Of a DNA stretch of 64,000 nt, positions 27,902-37,348 are shown piece after piece. The first letter of the stretch is position 1. Every line of letters starts with the position of its first letter. The notes beneath the pieces were generated by a model. That model made no database searches, was not told the origin of the DNA, and worked only from the letters and a program-made list of their open reading frames with translations. Origin of the DNA: Clostridia bacterium (GTDB taxonomy: Bacteria; Bacillota; Clostridia; Oscillospirales; CAG-272); assembly GCA_017481495.1 (NCBI GenBank), contig JAFUPC010000011.1, forward strand, positions 58,711-122,710, given 5' to 3'. A program made the translations under genes and the position numbers.

Positions 27902-29578
27902 TCAACCTTTGAACTTTGGTTCAAAGGGAATGATCCGCGCCAGAATGTGGTTGGAGACGAACATTCCCTGCGGGGTAAAGGCGTAGCGGCCGTTTTCGTG
28001 GGTCATGAAGCCATTGTCAATGTAGAATTGCAGTTTTTTTCCGAACACCGCGTCAAAGTCGCCGCCGAAGCGCGCCTTGAAATCGTCCGTGGAAATGCCC
28101 TCGGACAGACGCAGGCGGAGCATTAAGTATTCCGCAATTTCTTCCTTTTTGTCGATGGGATAATTTTCGTCAAGAAGGGAGGAGGGCAGGGACTTGCCTT
28201 TCACCTCGAGCGCCTTGCAGTACTGCGCAAGAGAGCGTTTCAGCGAGAATCTTGTTCCGCCGAAATAACTGTGTGCCGCGGGGCCGCAGCCGAGATATTC
28301 TTCCCCGTGCCAGTAGCGCAGATTGTGCCGGCATTCCTTTCCCTCGCGGGCGAAGTTGGAAATTTCGTACTGCTTGTATCCCTGCGACGAAAGATATTCG
28401 ATGCCGTCGAAATACATATCACATTCGGTGTCCTCATCGGGCAGGGGGAGCATATGCTTCTTTTCCCCGAACGGCGTTCCATCCTCAATGCGCAGATTGT
28501 ACATCGAAATATGCTCCGGCTTCATCGCCGCGACAAAGGAAAGCGTCTCCATAAACGTGTCCTTGGTCTGCTCCGGAATGCCGTACATGACGTCGACGTT
28601 GATATTGTCAAACCCAGCTTCGCGTGCCATCTGGAAGCATTCCGTAAAGTCTCCGGTTGAGTGGATGCGCGACAGCGCGGCAAGCTCATGGTTGTGGGAG
28701 GACTGCAATCCGATGGAAAGCCGGTTGACACCGGCACGGCGCAGTTTTTTGAGCAGTTTTGCATCCGCTGTTGCGGGATTCATCTCAACGGTGAATTCAT
28801 ATCCGTCCTCTAAATAGAAGCACCTCTCGACCTCTTTCACGATGTCAAGCAGTAATTTCGCCGGCAGTGCAGTGGGCGTTCCGCCGCCGATGAAGACGGT
28901 ATCGACGTTGTACTGTGTCGTGCGCTCGCTTAAAATGCGCATATGGTTTTTGAGCGCATTTGCGTAGAGCTTCATTTCCTCGGGGACTTTGTGCCCCGTG
29001 CAGACGATCTTGTCGGTGGAATAGAAGTCGCAGTACGCACACTTGCTCTTGCAGAACGGAATGTGCAGGTACAGACCGAGTTTTTTGTAGCCGGCAGGTT
29101 CCCCCGAAGCGGGCGTGTCGGCGGTGTCGGCGGATTCATCCGGTTCGGAAGGTTCTTCTTCGGAAGTATCTTCCGTGGAAATATCTTCGGCGAGTGTTTC
29201 ATCCGAGGCGGAAGTATCTTCCGCGGGATTTTCGTCAACAGGCTGGGGAATTTTTTCCTGCGGAATTTCCTCGGCGGTGGGATCTGTCGATTCCGACACC
29301 GTTTTCGGTGCGTTTTCGGGTTCTTCCGTCGGAATTTCGGGAGGCGTTTCCTGTGAAACAGTTTCCTGTGAAACTGCTTCTGCCGAATCGGTATTCTGTG
29401 AAACAGGATTCTGTGAATCAGGATTCTGCGAAACAGGATTCTGCGAATCCAGTATGATCCCGATCTCCGCGGTATCCTCGGATGCGGCTTCCATCACGGC
29501 GTCCATTTCCTGTGTCACGGCGCCTTTTTCTTCCGGGGGAGTGACGGAAGATGAGGATTTCTTTTTATTCTTTTTCAT
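27902..29578 (-). CDS. hemW: HemW/HemN-like radical SAM heme chaperone with a low-complexity N-terminal extension of about 160 aa
   Basis: The core from GLYLHIPFCKSKCAYCDFYS onward is HemN-like radical SAM and shows the usual lepA-hemW synteny. The N-terminus is acidic with SQNPV/SQNPD and ETVSQ tandem repeats. Confidence 0.85.
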   Translation of the reverse strand: MKKNKKKSSSSVTPPEEKGAVTQEMDAVMEAASEDTAEIGIILDSQNPVSQNPDSQNPVSQNTDSAEAVSQETVSQETPPEIPTEEPENAPKTVSESTDPTAEEIPQEKIPQPVDENPAEDTSASDETLAEDISTEDTSEEEPSEPDESADTADTPASGEPAGYKKLGLYLHIPFCKSKCAYCDFYSTDKIVCTGHKVPEEMKLYANALKNHMRILSERTTQYNVDTVFIGGGTPTALPAKLLLDIVKEVERCFYLEDGYEFTVEMNPATADAKLLKKLRRAGVNRLSIGLQSSHNHELAALSRIHSTGDFTECFQMAREAGFDNINVDVMYGIPEQTKDTFMETLSFVAAMKPEHISMYNLRIEDGTPFGEKKHMLPLPDEDTECDMYFDGIEYLSSQGYKQYEISNFAREGKECRHNLRYWHGEEYLGCGPAAHSYFGGTRFSLKRSLAQYCKALEVKGKSLPSSLLDENYPIDKKEEIAEYLMLRLRLSEGISTDDFKARFGGDFDAVFGKKLQFYIDNGFMTHENGRYAFTPQGMFVSNHILARIIPFEPKFKG

Positions 29579-29651
29579 GTGGGTTACCTCCTTGTGTGAG
29601 GATTTGGTATGAATATATTCATTGTGTCTGTGGGATGTTGTATCGGTTAAT

Positions 29652-29753
29652 CTTTACCTTGGGCAAGAATACAAGCTGGACGGTTCGCACGAAAAACCTT
29701 CCTGCTTATGTTCTTGCCAACGTAAAGTTTTTGTTGAAACAACGTATTACAGA
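29652..29753. repeat. Family-A repeat, copy 6
   Basis: GGCAAGAATACAAGCTGGA (29662-29680) pairs with TCCTGCTTATGTTCTTGCC (29700-29718) around the loop CGGTTCGCACGAAAAACCT. The flank TAAAGTTTTTGTTGAAACAACGTATTACAGAGAC follows. Confidence 0.7.
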
Positions 29754-29772
29754 GACAACGAAAGAAATTTAT

Positions 29773-31584
29773 TCAATCTTCGTCGTCCAGCTTCAACACC
29801 GCCATAAACGCCTCCGGCGGAACCTCTACGGAGCCGAACTGGCGCATACGTTTTTTACCCTCTTTCTGCTTTTCAAGCAGCTTCTTCTTTCGTGTGATGT
29901 CACCGCCGTAGCACTTGGCGAGGACGTCTTTGCGCATGGCGCGGACGGTTTCGCGGGCGATGACCTTGCCGCCGATGGCGGCCTGGACGGGGATCTCAAA
30001 CAGCTGGCGCGGGATATTGTCGCGGAGCTTTTCGACGATCTTTCTGCCGCGGGAATAGGCGTTGTCCGCAAACACGATGAACGACAGCGCGTCCACCATG
30101 TCGCCGTTCAGAAGAATATCGAGCTTGACCAGCTTCGACGGCTCATAACCGAGCAGTTCGTAGTCAAGGGATGCGTACCCCTTGGAGCGGCTTTTGAGCG
30201 CATCGAAGAAGTCGTAGATGATCTCGTTCAGCGGCAGATGATAGTGCAGCTCCACGCGGTCGTTTTCGAGATACTTCATATCAATGAACGTGCCGCGGCG
30301 ATCCTGGCACAGCTGCATGATGCTTCCGACATAATCGTTCGGTGTTAAAATGCTTGCCTTGACGATCGGTTCCTCCGAAACCTCGATTTCTTCGGGAACG
30401 GGGAATTCCAGCGGGTTGTCGATCATCAGCACTTCGCCGTTTTTCTTTGTAATCTTATAAATAACGCTCGGAACGGTCGTGATGAGGTCGAGATTGAATT
30501 CGCGTTCGAGACGTTCCTGGATGATCTCCATGTGGAGAAGTCCCAAGAATCCGCACCGGAAACCAAAGCCCAGTGCCGCGGAGGTTTCCGGCTCAAAGGT
30601 CAGTGCGGCATCGTTTAACTGCAGCTTTTCCAGCGCTTCGCGCAGTTCGGGGTATTTCGACGAATCGGCGGGATAAATGCCGGAGTAGACCATCGGCTGT
30701 GCCTTTTTGAAGCCGGGGAGCGGTTCGGGTGTGCCACATTCCACCGTCGTGACGGTATCGCCGACACGGGTGTCCGCGACGTTTTTGATGGATGCCGTGA
30801 TATAACCGACGTCGCCTGCGGCAAGTTCTTCCGCCGCCCGAAGACCGAACGGTTCCATCGTTCCGACTTCGATGACCTCAAATTCCGCACCGGTGTGCAT
30901 CATGCGGATGCGCTGTCCCGCACGGAGTTTCCCGTCGAACACGCGGATATTGACGACAACGCCGAGATACGGGTCGTAGTACGAGTCGAAAATGAGCGCT
31001 TTCAGCGGCGCATCCGGGTCTCCTGTGGGCGCGGGAATGTCCGTGACGATGTGTTCCAGAACGTCCCCGACGTTCAGTCCCGTCTTTGCGGAAATGGCGG
31101 GACAGCCCTCCGCCGGGATGCCGATGATGTCCTCGATCTCCGCCTGTACGCGCGGAACATCTGCGGACGGCAGGTCGATCTTGTTGACGACAGGGAGAAT
31201 TTCCAGATCGTTGTCGATTGCAAGGTAGGCGTTCGCCAATGTCTGTGCCTCGACCCCCTGCGTCGAGTCCACAATGAGGATTGCGCCCTCGCAGGCGTTC
31301 AAAGAGCGGGAAACTTCATAGTTGAAGTCCACGTGCCCGGGTGTGTCGATGAGGTTGAGAATATAGGTCTCCCCGTCGGATGCGGTGTAGCTGAGATGCA
31401 CCGCGCGCGCCTTGATGGTGATGCCGCGCTCCCGCTCGATGTCCATATTGTCAAGCAGCTGCTCCTCCATGTCGCGCTGTGCAACGGTGTCCGTTTTTTC
31501 CAAAAGCCGGTCGGCAAGTGTCGATTTGCCGTGGTCGATATGTGCGATGATACAGAAATTTCTGATATGATCCTGATTTGCCAT
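29773..31584 (-). CDS. lepA: Translation elongation factor 4
   Basis: 603 aa. GTPase G1 AHIDHGKST, and the C-terminal LepA-specific domain ending in the conserved ...[26 protein letters not shown]. Confidence 0.97.
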   Translation of the reverse strand: MANQDHIRNFCIIAHIDHGKSTLADRLLEKTDTVAQRDMEEQLLDNMDIERERGITIKARAVHLSYTASDGETYILNLIDTPGHVDFNYEVSRSLNACEGAILIVDSTQGVEAQTLANAYLAIDNDLEILPVVNKIDLPSADVPRVQAEIEDIIGIPAEGCPAISAKTGLNVGDVLEHIVTDIPAPTGDPDAPLKALIFDSYYDPYLGVVVNIRVFDGKLRAGQRIRMMHTGAEFEVIEVGTMEPFGLRAAEELAAGDVGYITASIKNVADTRVGDTVTTVECGTPEPLPGFKKAQPMVYSGIYPADSSKYPELREALEKLQLNDAALTFEPETSAALGFGFRCGFLGLLHMEIIQERLEREFNLDLITTVPSVIYKITKKNGEVLMIDNPLEFPVPEEIEVSEEPIVKASILTPNDYVGSIMQLCQDRRGTFIDMKYLENDRVELHYHLPLNEIIYDFFDALKSRSKGYASLDYELLGYEPSKLVKLDILLNGDMVDALSFIVFADNAYSRGRKIVEKLRDNIPRQLFEIPVQAAIGGKVIARETVRAMRKDVLAKCYGGDITRKKKLLEKQKEGKKRMRQFGSVEVPPEAFMAVLKLDDED

Positions 31585-31739
31585 CGTGATTGATTGTTTC
31601 CTTTTTTGCGTAATTTGAATGAGGTTATAAAATTCCTATCTTATTATATAACAAAAAACACCTGCGCGCAAGGGGTTTGCGTGAATTGTTACAAAAAAGT
31701 TGAAAATGGGGAGGGGAGGGGAGGGGGGAGGAATGTTTT

Positions 31740-31755
31740 TGTTTCACGTGAAACA
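31740..31755. repeat. Perfect 16-bp palindrome TGTTTCACGTGAAACA (variant of the 20-bp inverted repeat)
   Basis: Read directly from the sequence. It lies directly 3' of a G-run tract at 31708-31728. Confidence 0.6.
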
Positions 31756-31990
31756 TGGAGTGCGTGCCTGCGTGAGGAATTGCCATTCGTAAGAAAGATA
31801 TTCATCGCCCATTGGGCATCCGTGACATACCGGCACGATTCCGATAAATCCTGATTATGCAGCGATATTGATTATTTCAAACAAAACCGTGTGCCTGCCG
31901 TCAGGAAGCGGACACCCAATGGGCGCCCCTACAGACACAGAGAAGAAAATTTTTCTGTCCCTGTATTGAGGTTTTCATCTCACTCTCCAA

Positions 31991-32010
31991 AATGTTTCAC
32001 ATGAAACATT
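31991..32010. repeat. 20-bp inverted repeat AATGTTTCA-CA-TGAAACATT (copy 2)
   Basis: Identical to 25178-25197. Confidence 0.6.
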
Positions 32011-32020
32011 CATCCCCTCA

Positions 32021-32063
32021 TAAAAAACAAAAGACGGCACCCCACCCGGAATACCGTCTTTTT
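32021..32063 (-). terminator. Terminator downstream of pyrP
   Basis: AAGACGG (32031-32037) / CCGTCTT (32054-32060) stem. On the minus strand a U-rich run follows (complement of TAAAAAACAA). T/A runs on both sides. Confidence 0.5.
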
Positions 32064-32081
32064 AAAAAAATCTTATCTTAC

Positions 32082-33428
32082 TTATTCGGCATCCTTCTCA
32101 TCCGCCTGCTTCTTCTCCCCAATCGAGAGAATCGCATTCGTAACGATACCGATAATCAGCGCTGTTGCGATGTTCGTCAGCGTGATGGGACCGAAGTTCA
32201 GGGTCAGACCGCCGATACCGGTGACGAGGATGGAGGCGACGACGAACAGGTTGCGGTTCTCGCCAAGGTCCACTTTCTGAATCATTTTCAGACCGGAGAC
32301 GGCGATGAAGCCGTACAGCGCGATGCAGATACCGCCAATGACACAGTTCGGAATCGTGTTGACGAACTGGACAAAGGGATTGAAGAACGAGAGCAGAATG
32401 GAGAGGATGGCAGTCGTGCAGATGGTGTAGACCGATGCGTTGCCGGTGATGGCGACACAGCCCACGCATTCGCCGTAGGTCGTGTTGGGACAGCCGCCGA
32501 ATGCCGCACCGACGATGGAGCCGACACCGTCGCCCATGATGGTCTTGTCAAGACCCGGGTCGGTGATGAGGTCGCGGTCAATGATGGTGGAGAGGTTCTT
32601 GTGGTCGCCGATGTGCTCCGCCAGCGTGACGAATGCGACCGGTGCAAAAAGTGCCAGCAGAGCCGCGACTGCCGCGCCGTCGATATAGGAGAAGCCTTCC
32701 TTGACCGCTTCGACGATGGTGAATTCCGGAATGTGGATGATGCTGTCCATCGAGAGCAGGGCAGAGTAGTTGACCAGCTGCATCGAGGGGATGTTCGCAA
32801 GCGTGCCGATGAGGGTCAGGATGGATGCGAACACATAGCCGCCGCCAATGCCGATGATAAACGGGATGAGCTTCATCATCGTCGACCCCTTGACCGATGC
32901 CACGACCGTAATGAGGAACGCAATGAGACCGGTTAAGATCGCCCAGAGGTTGTAGTCACCTGCGGAGGTGTTGTTCAGGTTGCTGACCGCAGACGAGCAG
33001 AGGGACAGACCGATGAGCGCGACCGTCGGGCCGATGATGACGGGCGGGAGTAGCTTGTTGACCCATGCGGAGCCCGTGAAGTGCATGATGACGGAAATGA
33101 TGACATACACAAAGCCCCCGATGAAGGAGCCGACGATGATGCCGCCGAAGCCGTACACGCACGCGCCGATGAGCGGGGAAATGAATGCAAAGGACGAGCC
33201 GAGGAAGACGGGGCTTTTACGCCGCGTGATGAGAATGTAGCACAGCGTGCCGACACCCGCACCGAACAGGGCAGCCGGCTGGTCCATAACAAGGACGCCG
33301 CCGTTTGAAGAGTTGACGATGGCGGGGACAAGCAGAGTCGCCGCAATGATCGCCAGCAGCTGCTGGATCGCAAAGACGAGATTCTGCCCGAATTTGGGTT
33401 TTTCGTGGATGTCGTAGGTCAGTTTCAT
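32082..33428 (-). CDS. pyrP: Uracil/xanthine permease (NCS2 family)
   Basis: 448-aa polytopic protein with NCS2-type motifs. Lies immediately downstream of pyrR, as in the B. subtilis pyr operon. Confidence 0.85.
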   Translation of the reverse strand: MKLTYDIHEKPKFGQNLVFAIQQLLAIIAATLLVPAIVNSSNGGVLVMDQPAALFGAGVGTLCYILITRRKSPVFLGSSFAFISPLIGACVYGFGGIIVGSFIGGFVYVIISVIMHFTGSAWVNKLLPPVIIGPTVALIGLSLCSSAVSNLNNTSAGDYNLWAILTGLIAFLITVVASVKGSTMMKLIPFIIGIGGGYVFASILTLIGTLANIPSMQLVNYSALLSMDSIIHIPEFTIVEAVKEGFSYIDGAAVAALLALFAPVAFVTLAEHIGDHKNLSTIIDRDLITDPGLDKTIMGDGVGSIVGAAFGGCPNTTYGECVGCVAITGNASVYTICTTAILSILLSFFNPFVQFVNTIPNCVIGGICIALYGFIAVSGLKMIQKVDLGENRNLFVVASILVTGIGGLTLNFGPITLTNIATALIIGIVTNAILSIGEKKQADEKDAE

Positions 33429-33486
33429 GTGAAAAAATCCTCCGTTGTTTATTTATGAGATGACCGCATCAACGGTCATGACATTT

Positions 33487-34059
33487 TCATTGATTGTCAG
33501 GCATCCCGTCCGATTTGGAACAGAGATACGCGCCGGTGTCGCCGTCGACGTCGGTGAAATGCACGTCAATGACCTCCTCATGCGAGGTGGGGACGTTCTT
33601 TCCGACGTAGTCGGGACGGATGGGAAGCTCACGGTGTCCGCGGTCGATGAGAACCGCCAGCTGAACCGAACGCGGCCGCCCGGCGGCAAACAATGCTTCG
33701 ATCGCCGCGCGAATGGTGCGCCCGGTGTAAAGCACGTCATCGACCAGCACAACGTGCTTGCCGTGGATGTCAATGCCTAACGATTCGGTGCCTGCCAGCG
33801 ATGCCGGCTCCTTTTCCGTCAGGTCATCGCGGAACATTGTGATGTCCAGCTCTCCCATTGGAACAACCGCACCCTCCACGGCGTACAGGTTGTCCCGCAG
33901 GATTTTCGCCATCGGAACCCCGCGTCGGCGGATGCCGACGAGACACAGGTTCTCACAGCCCTTGTTCTTTTCAATAATCTCATGCGTAATGCGCATCAAG
34001 GCGCGCCGTACCCCGGCTTCGTCCATCAGCGCCGCTTTGATATTGGCTTCGTTTGTCAT
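33487..34059 (-). CDS. pyrR: Bifunctional pyr mRNA-binding attenuation protein / uracil phosphoribosyltransferase
   Basis: 190 aa. PRPP-binding VVLVDDVLYTGRT and N-terminal RALMRITHEIIE, typical of PyrR. Confidence 0.93.
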   Translation of the reverse strand: MTNEANIKAALMDEAGVRRALMRITHEIIEKNKGCENLCLVGIRRRGVPMAKILRDNLYAVEGAVVPMGELDITMFRDDLTEKEPASLAGTESLGIDIHGKHVVLVDDVLYTGRTIRAAIEALFAAGRPRSVQLAVLIDRGHRELPIRPDYVGKNVPTSHEEVIDVHFTDVDGDTGAYLCSKSDGMPDNQ

Positions 34060-34065
34060 GAAACG

Positions 34066-34310
34066 CTCCTTTCTGAATGGTCAATTGCAAAATCCTGTTG
34101 CATAAAAAAAGACCTTACCCGTATCCATTCTGAAAATTGTAAGGATACACGGCAAGATCGCAGTCGTCCGCTTTCCGGAGACGGTATTGTGACTGTTCCG
34201 TAATCTATCTTCACCTGGGGGCTCGGATATGTCCATACCGTTCATCTCGGATTCTTATATATGAAAAAAACTTGCCGGTCTCTCTGTACCGAATTAAAGC
34301 TTCTGTTAAT
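34066..34310 (-). promoter_or_regulatory. PyrR-type transcription attenuator leader, with promoter -10 at 34317-34325
   Basis: Minus-strand RNA contains UUCGGUACAGAGAGACCGG (complement of 34274-34292), similar to the PyrR binding loop core CAGAGAG. A terminal hairpin CCUUAC...GUAAGG is followed by U7 (34104-34150). Alternative pairing GUAUCC/GGAUAC is possible. Extended -10 is TGGTATAAT. Confidence 0.55.
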
Positions 34311-34467
34311 GATAATATTATACCAGAAAAAAACGGATTTGTAAAGATTTTTATTTCACCATCTTGCACAAAAACCAAGTGTCGAAATTGTGCAATTTGA
34401 CGAAAACAGGGTTGAGAGGACAAAAAAGGACGAGAATGGGGGAGTTGGGGGCAATGCAGTCAGCATA

Positions 34468-34572
34468 TTGGCGACGATGAACGGTTTAATAGGAAGACGG
34501 GCATACAGGGAAGGCGTATCTGTCGCCTTTTCGTTATTTTTTCCTTGCCCAAACAGCATCGTCGCCTTGAAG
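34468..34572. repeat. Family-B hairpin repeat, copy 2
   Basis: GGCGACGATG (34470-34479) / CATCGTCGCC (34557-34566) enclosing the shared interior. Confidence 0.6.
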
Positions 34573-34608
34573 TTGCCAACATTTTTCATAAAAATTGCCC
34601 AAACCTCC

Positions 34609-34637
34609 TTGACATCACTCTCCATATATAGTATAAT
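34609..34637 (+). promoter_or_regulatory. Consensus promoter of the moxR operon
   Basis: TTGACA (34609-34614), 17-nt spacer, TATAAT (34632-34637). Confidence 0.6.
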
Positions 34638-34684
34638 GATAATAGAACGATAAAACAACTCCCAAAAAAGAGAGGTAGCGCACG

Positions 34685-35716
34685 ATGCAGAACACACAGA
34701 ATCAGGCTCCCATCCCCGAAAACAACGCTTATACGATCACCGATGCCCTGGTCGCAGAGGTGGAGAAGGTCGTCATCGGCAAGCGGCATGAAATCGTTAT
34801 GCTGGTAACGGCACTGCTTGCCGGCGGACACGTTCTCATTGAGGACGTTCCCGGTGTCGGCAAAACGACCTTAGCCGCAGCCCTTGCCGCCGCTGCCGGA
34901 CTGCGCTTCAAGCGCGCACAGTTCACGCCGGACGTTATGGCATCGGACATCACGGGTTTCAATATCTATAACCGCCAGACGGAAGCGTTCGAGTTCCGCG
35001 AGGGTCTGGTTATGACCAACATCCTGCTTGCGGACGAGATCAACCGCGCATCGCCGAAAACGCAGTCGTCACTCCTTGAATCCATGGAAGAAGCCAACGT
35101 CACCGTGGACGGCACGACGTACAGGATCCCCGACCCGTTTTTCGTCATCGCCACGCAGAACCCGACCGGCTTTGTCGGAACGTATCCCCTGCCCGAGGCA
35201 CAGCTTGACCGCTTCACCGTGAAAATCTCCATCGGCTACCCGACGGCAGAGGAGGAGATCAATGTCATCCGCGCGCGCAAGCACGCAAACCCTCTGGATT
35301 CCGTGAAGCCCGTCACCGATGCCGATACCGTCCGGGCACTCAAAGAAGCGGCGGCGGACGTCTACGTCGATGATGCCATTTATGACTATATCGTCCGTCT
35401 GATCGGCGCGACGAGAAAGCATGGAAGTCTCGCGCTCGGCGCATCTCCCCGTGCATCGCTGGCACTCACCCGCATGGCACAGGCATACGCACTGCTTCAT
35501 AAGCGCGATTACGTCATCCCGGAGGACGTCAGCGCCATCTTCGTCAGCACGGTCGCGCACCGCGTGATGCTGAAACAGGAAGCAAAGCTGCAGCGCGTGA
35601 CGGCGGAGCAGGTTCTGCGCGACATTCTCCGCGCAACGGAAGTGCCGTTTGTCGGAACCCGTGACAACAAATCCGCAGAGAAATCTGCAAATGGCGAAAC
35701 GGAGACCGGCGCATGA
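34685..35716 (+). CDS. MoxR-family AAA+ ATPase
   Basis: 343 aa. Walker A EDVPGVGKT, Walker B LLADEINRASPKTQS. Typical MoxR length and C-terminal lid. Confidence 0.9.
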   Translation: MQNTQNQAPIPENNAYTITDALVAEVEKVVIGKRHEIVMLVTALLAGGHVLIEDVPGVGKTTLAAALAAAAGLRFKRAQFTPDVMASDITGFNIYNRQTEAFEFREGLVMTNILLADEINRASPKTQSSLLESMEEANVTVDGTTYRIPDPFFVIATQNPTGFVGTYPLPEAQLDRFTVKISIGYPTAEEEINVIRARKHANPLDSVKPVTDADTVRALKEAAADVYVDDAIYDYIVRLIGATRKHGSLALGASPRASLALTRMAQAYALLHKRDYVIPEDVSAIFVSTVAHRVMLKQEAKLQRVTAEQVLRDILRATEVPFVGTRDNKSAEKSANGETETGA

Positions 35717-37191
35717 ACGCGGTTCTCGAAAAACAAAAGGAACTGGAAGAAAAAGCGCGCAAAAAACAGCTGAAAGCCGAACAGAAAGCGCTGAAAAAGA
35801 TCCAAAAGGACAAAAAACGCGCCGCGCTCCGCTCCTACCCGACAATATCGCTTACAAAGAACGCCGTCTGGTACATCGTCTTTTTCCTCTTTGCGCTTTT
35901 GTTCACACAGGCTCTGCGCTCGACCCTTTCCTCTGTATTGTTCATCTTTGCGATGCTGTTTCCGGTACTCCTGTTTTTGTACGCCCTGACATCGCTGATG
36001 TTCGTCAGCGAATCGAATGCCGTCGGCGCGGAAACGGTGCAGAAAGAAACCCCGCTTCCGTATGAAATTATGATCGCCAACAACGGCTTTCTGCCGTACC
36101 CGTTTGTCGATGCGGATATCTGCTATCCGTCCGCGGACGGTGTACACTGTGACTTAAAACGGGTCTCCTGTACGCTCTCTCCGATGGGAACGTACCGCAT
36201 CCGCGACAACGCCGTGTTCCATTACCGCGGCGGATATGAGATCGGAATACGCGACCTGTATGTGTACGATGCGCTGAAAATTTTCCGCATCCGCCAGCGG
36301 CGCGACAATCTGCGGCCGGTGTTCGTCATGCCCCGCAGACCCATCCTCATCACGGAGGGCGAGGGCGCGGCAAGCGAAGTCAACACGACCGAGGTGCGCA
36401 ATCTGCGCGGTACAGACCGCACGGAGCTGACCGAGATCAAGGAATACCGCATGGGAGACGGTCTGCGCGACATCCATTGGAAGCTGTCGTCAAAAACGCA
36501 GGACCTGATGGTCAAGCACTACGGCATGAACGCCTGCCGCTCCATCTGCTTTCTGCCCGATCTCGGCACGCGCTATACCGACCTCTTGAAAAAAGGGCTG
36601 TACGAGGACGACATCAACCTCTGCTCCGCCGATGCCGTTGTGGAAATGACCATCGCCTTAATGCTCTCCGCCCTGCGCGGGGCAAACAATGTCTGCTCCT
36701 TACTTTGGTACGACCGCCGCGCGGCGGACACCGTTCCCGATTCCGTCCGTGAGGAACGCCGGAGAAACGGGGAGGAAATGCCGATGGGATACGCCGCCGA
36801 GGTCATGTACAATGAACTCGACTTTGAGCGCGTGTACCCGTATTTCGGCACGGCGGAGCTGCACGACGGAACGCTTTCCCCGGCATCGCTTGCGCGCTTT
36901 ATGACCGAGGGCGACGGCGTGTCGTACTACATCGTGACGTCCCGGCTCGATGCGGGACTGGTGACGGAACTGCAAGAGTCCCTGCGCGACTATTCCGCCG
37001 TGGTGCTCAACCGCGGACTGAATGTGTACTACTTTGACCCGGTGAAAAAGATCACCGACCCCGAGACCCGTCTTGCGCACAACGAGGAAACGGAACACCT
37101 CACCGCCCAAATGCGCGCCGCCGGCATCAATGTTGTTGTGTTTGATAACGTGAAGATGTTCGGAACGGAATTTTCGGGAACGGGAGGATGA
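35713..37191 (+). CDS. DUF58-domain protein (vWA-like partner of MoxR) with N-terminal TM region
   Basis: 492 aa, 4-nt overlap with moxR. DUF58 signature EIKEYRMGDGLRDIHWKLSSKTQDLMVKHY. Confidence 0.85.
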   Translation: MNAVLEKQKELEEKARKKQLKAEQKALKKIQKDKKRAALRSYPTISLTKNAVWYIVFFLFALLFTQALRSTLSSVLFIFAMLFPVLLFLYALTSLMFVSESNAVGAETVQKETPLPYEIMIANNGFLPYPFVDADICYPSADGVHCDLKRVSCTLSPMGTYRIRDNAVFHYRGGYEIGIRDLYVYDALKIFRIRQRRDNLRPVFVMPRRPILITEGEGAASEVNTTEVRNLRGTDRTELTEIKEYRMGDGLRDIHWKLSSKTQDLMVKHYGMNACRSICFLPDLGTRYTDLLKKGLYEDDINLCSADAVVEMTIALMLSALRGANNVCSLLWYDRRAADTVPDSVREERRRNGEEMPMGYAAEVMYNELDFERVYPYFGTAELHDGTLSPASLARFMTEGDGVSYYIVTSRLDAGLVTELQESLRDYSAVVLNRGLNVYYFDPVKKITDPETRLAHNEETEHLTAQMRAAGINVVVFDNVKMFGTEFSGTGG

Positions 37192-37230
37192 CGGGACGGC
37201 GGTTGTGTTTTTTGATGTATCGTTGTGATT

Positions 37231-37290
37231 GAACTTTGGCAAGAATGCAGGCGAACCGTTCACTTACAGCGCAAGACAATATCGCCCTCT
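37231..37290. repeat. Family-A repeat, copy 7 (degenerate)
   Basis: GAACTTTGGCAAGAATGCAGGCGAACCGTTCAC. The core is inverted or deleted relative to other copies. Confidence 0.45.
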
Positions 37291-37348
37291 CCCCCTCCCC
37301 CAATCCCAAAAGAAAGGAACCTTTCCCACAGAAAGCTACGGTTATACT

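Noticed and set aside
31594-31854. 86-aa plus-strand ORF in the lepA-pyrP spacer.
   Set aside because: It is translated straight through the G-quadruplex tract and the palindromic sites (..GEGRGGGRN..). It has no SD and no recognisable fold signature.
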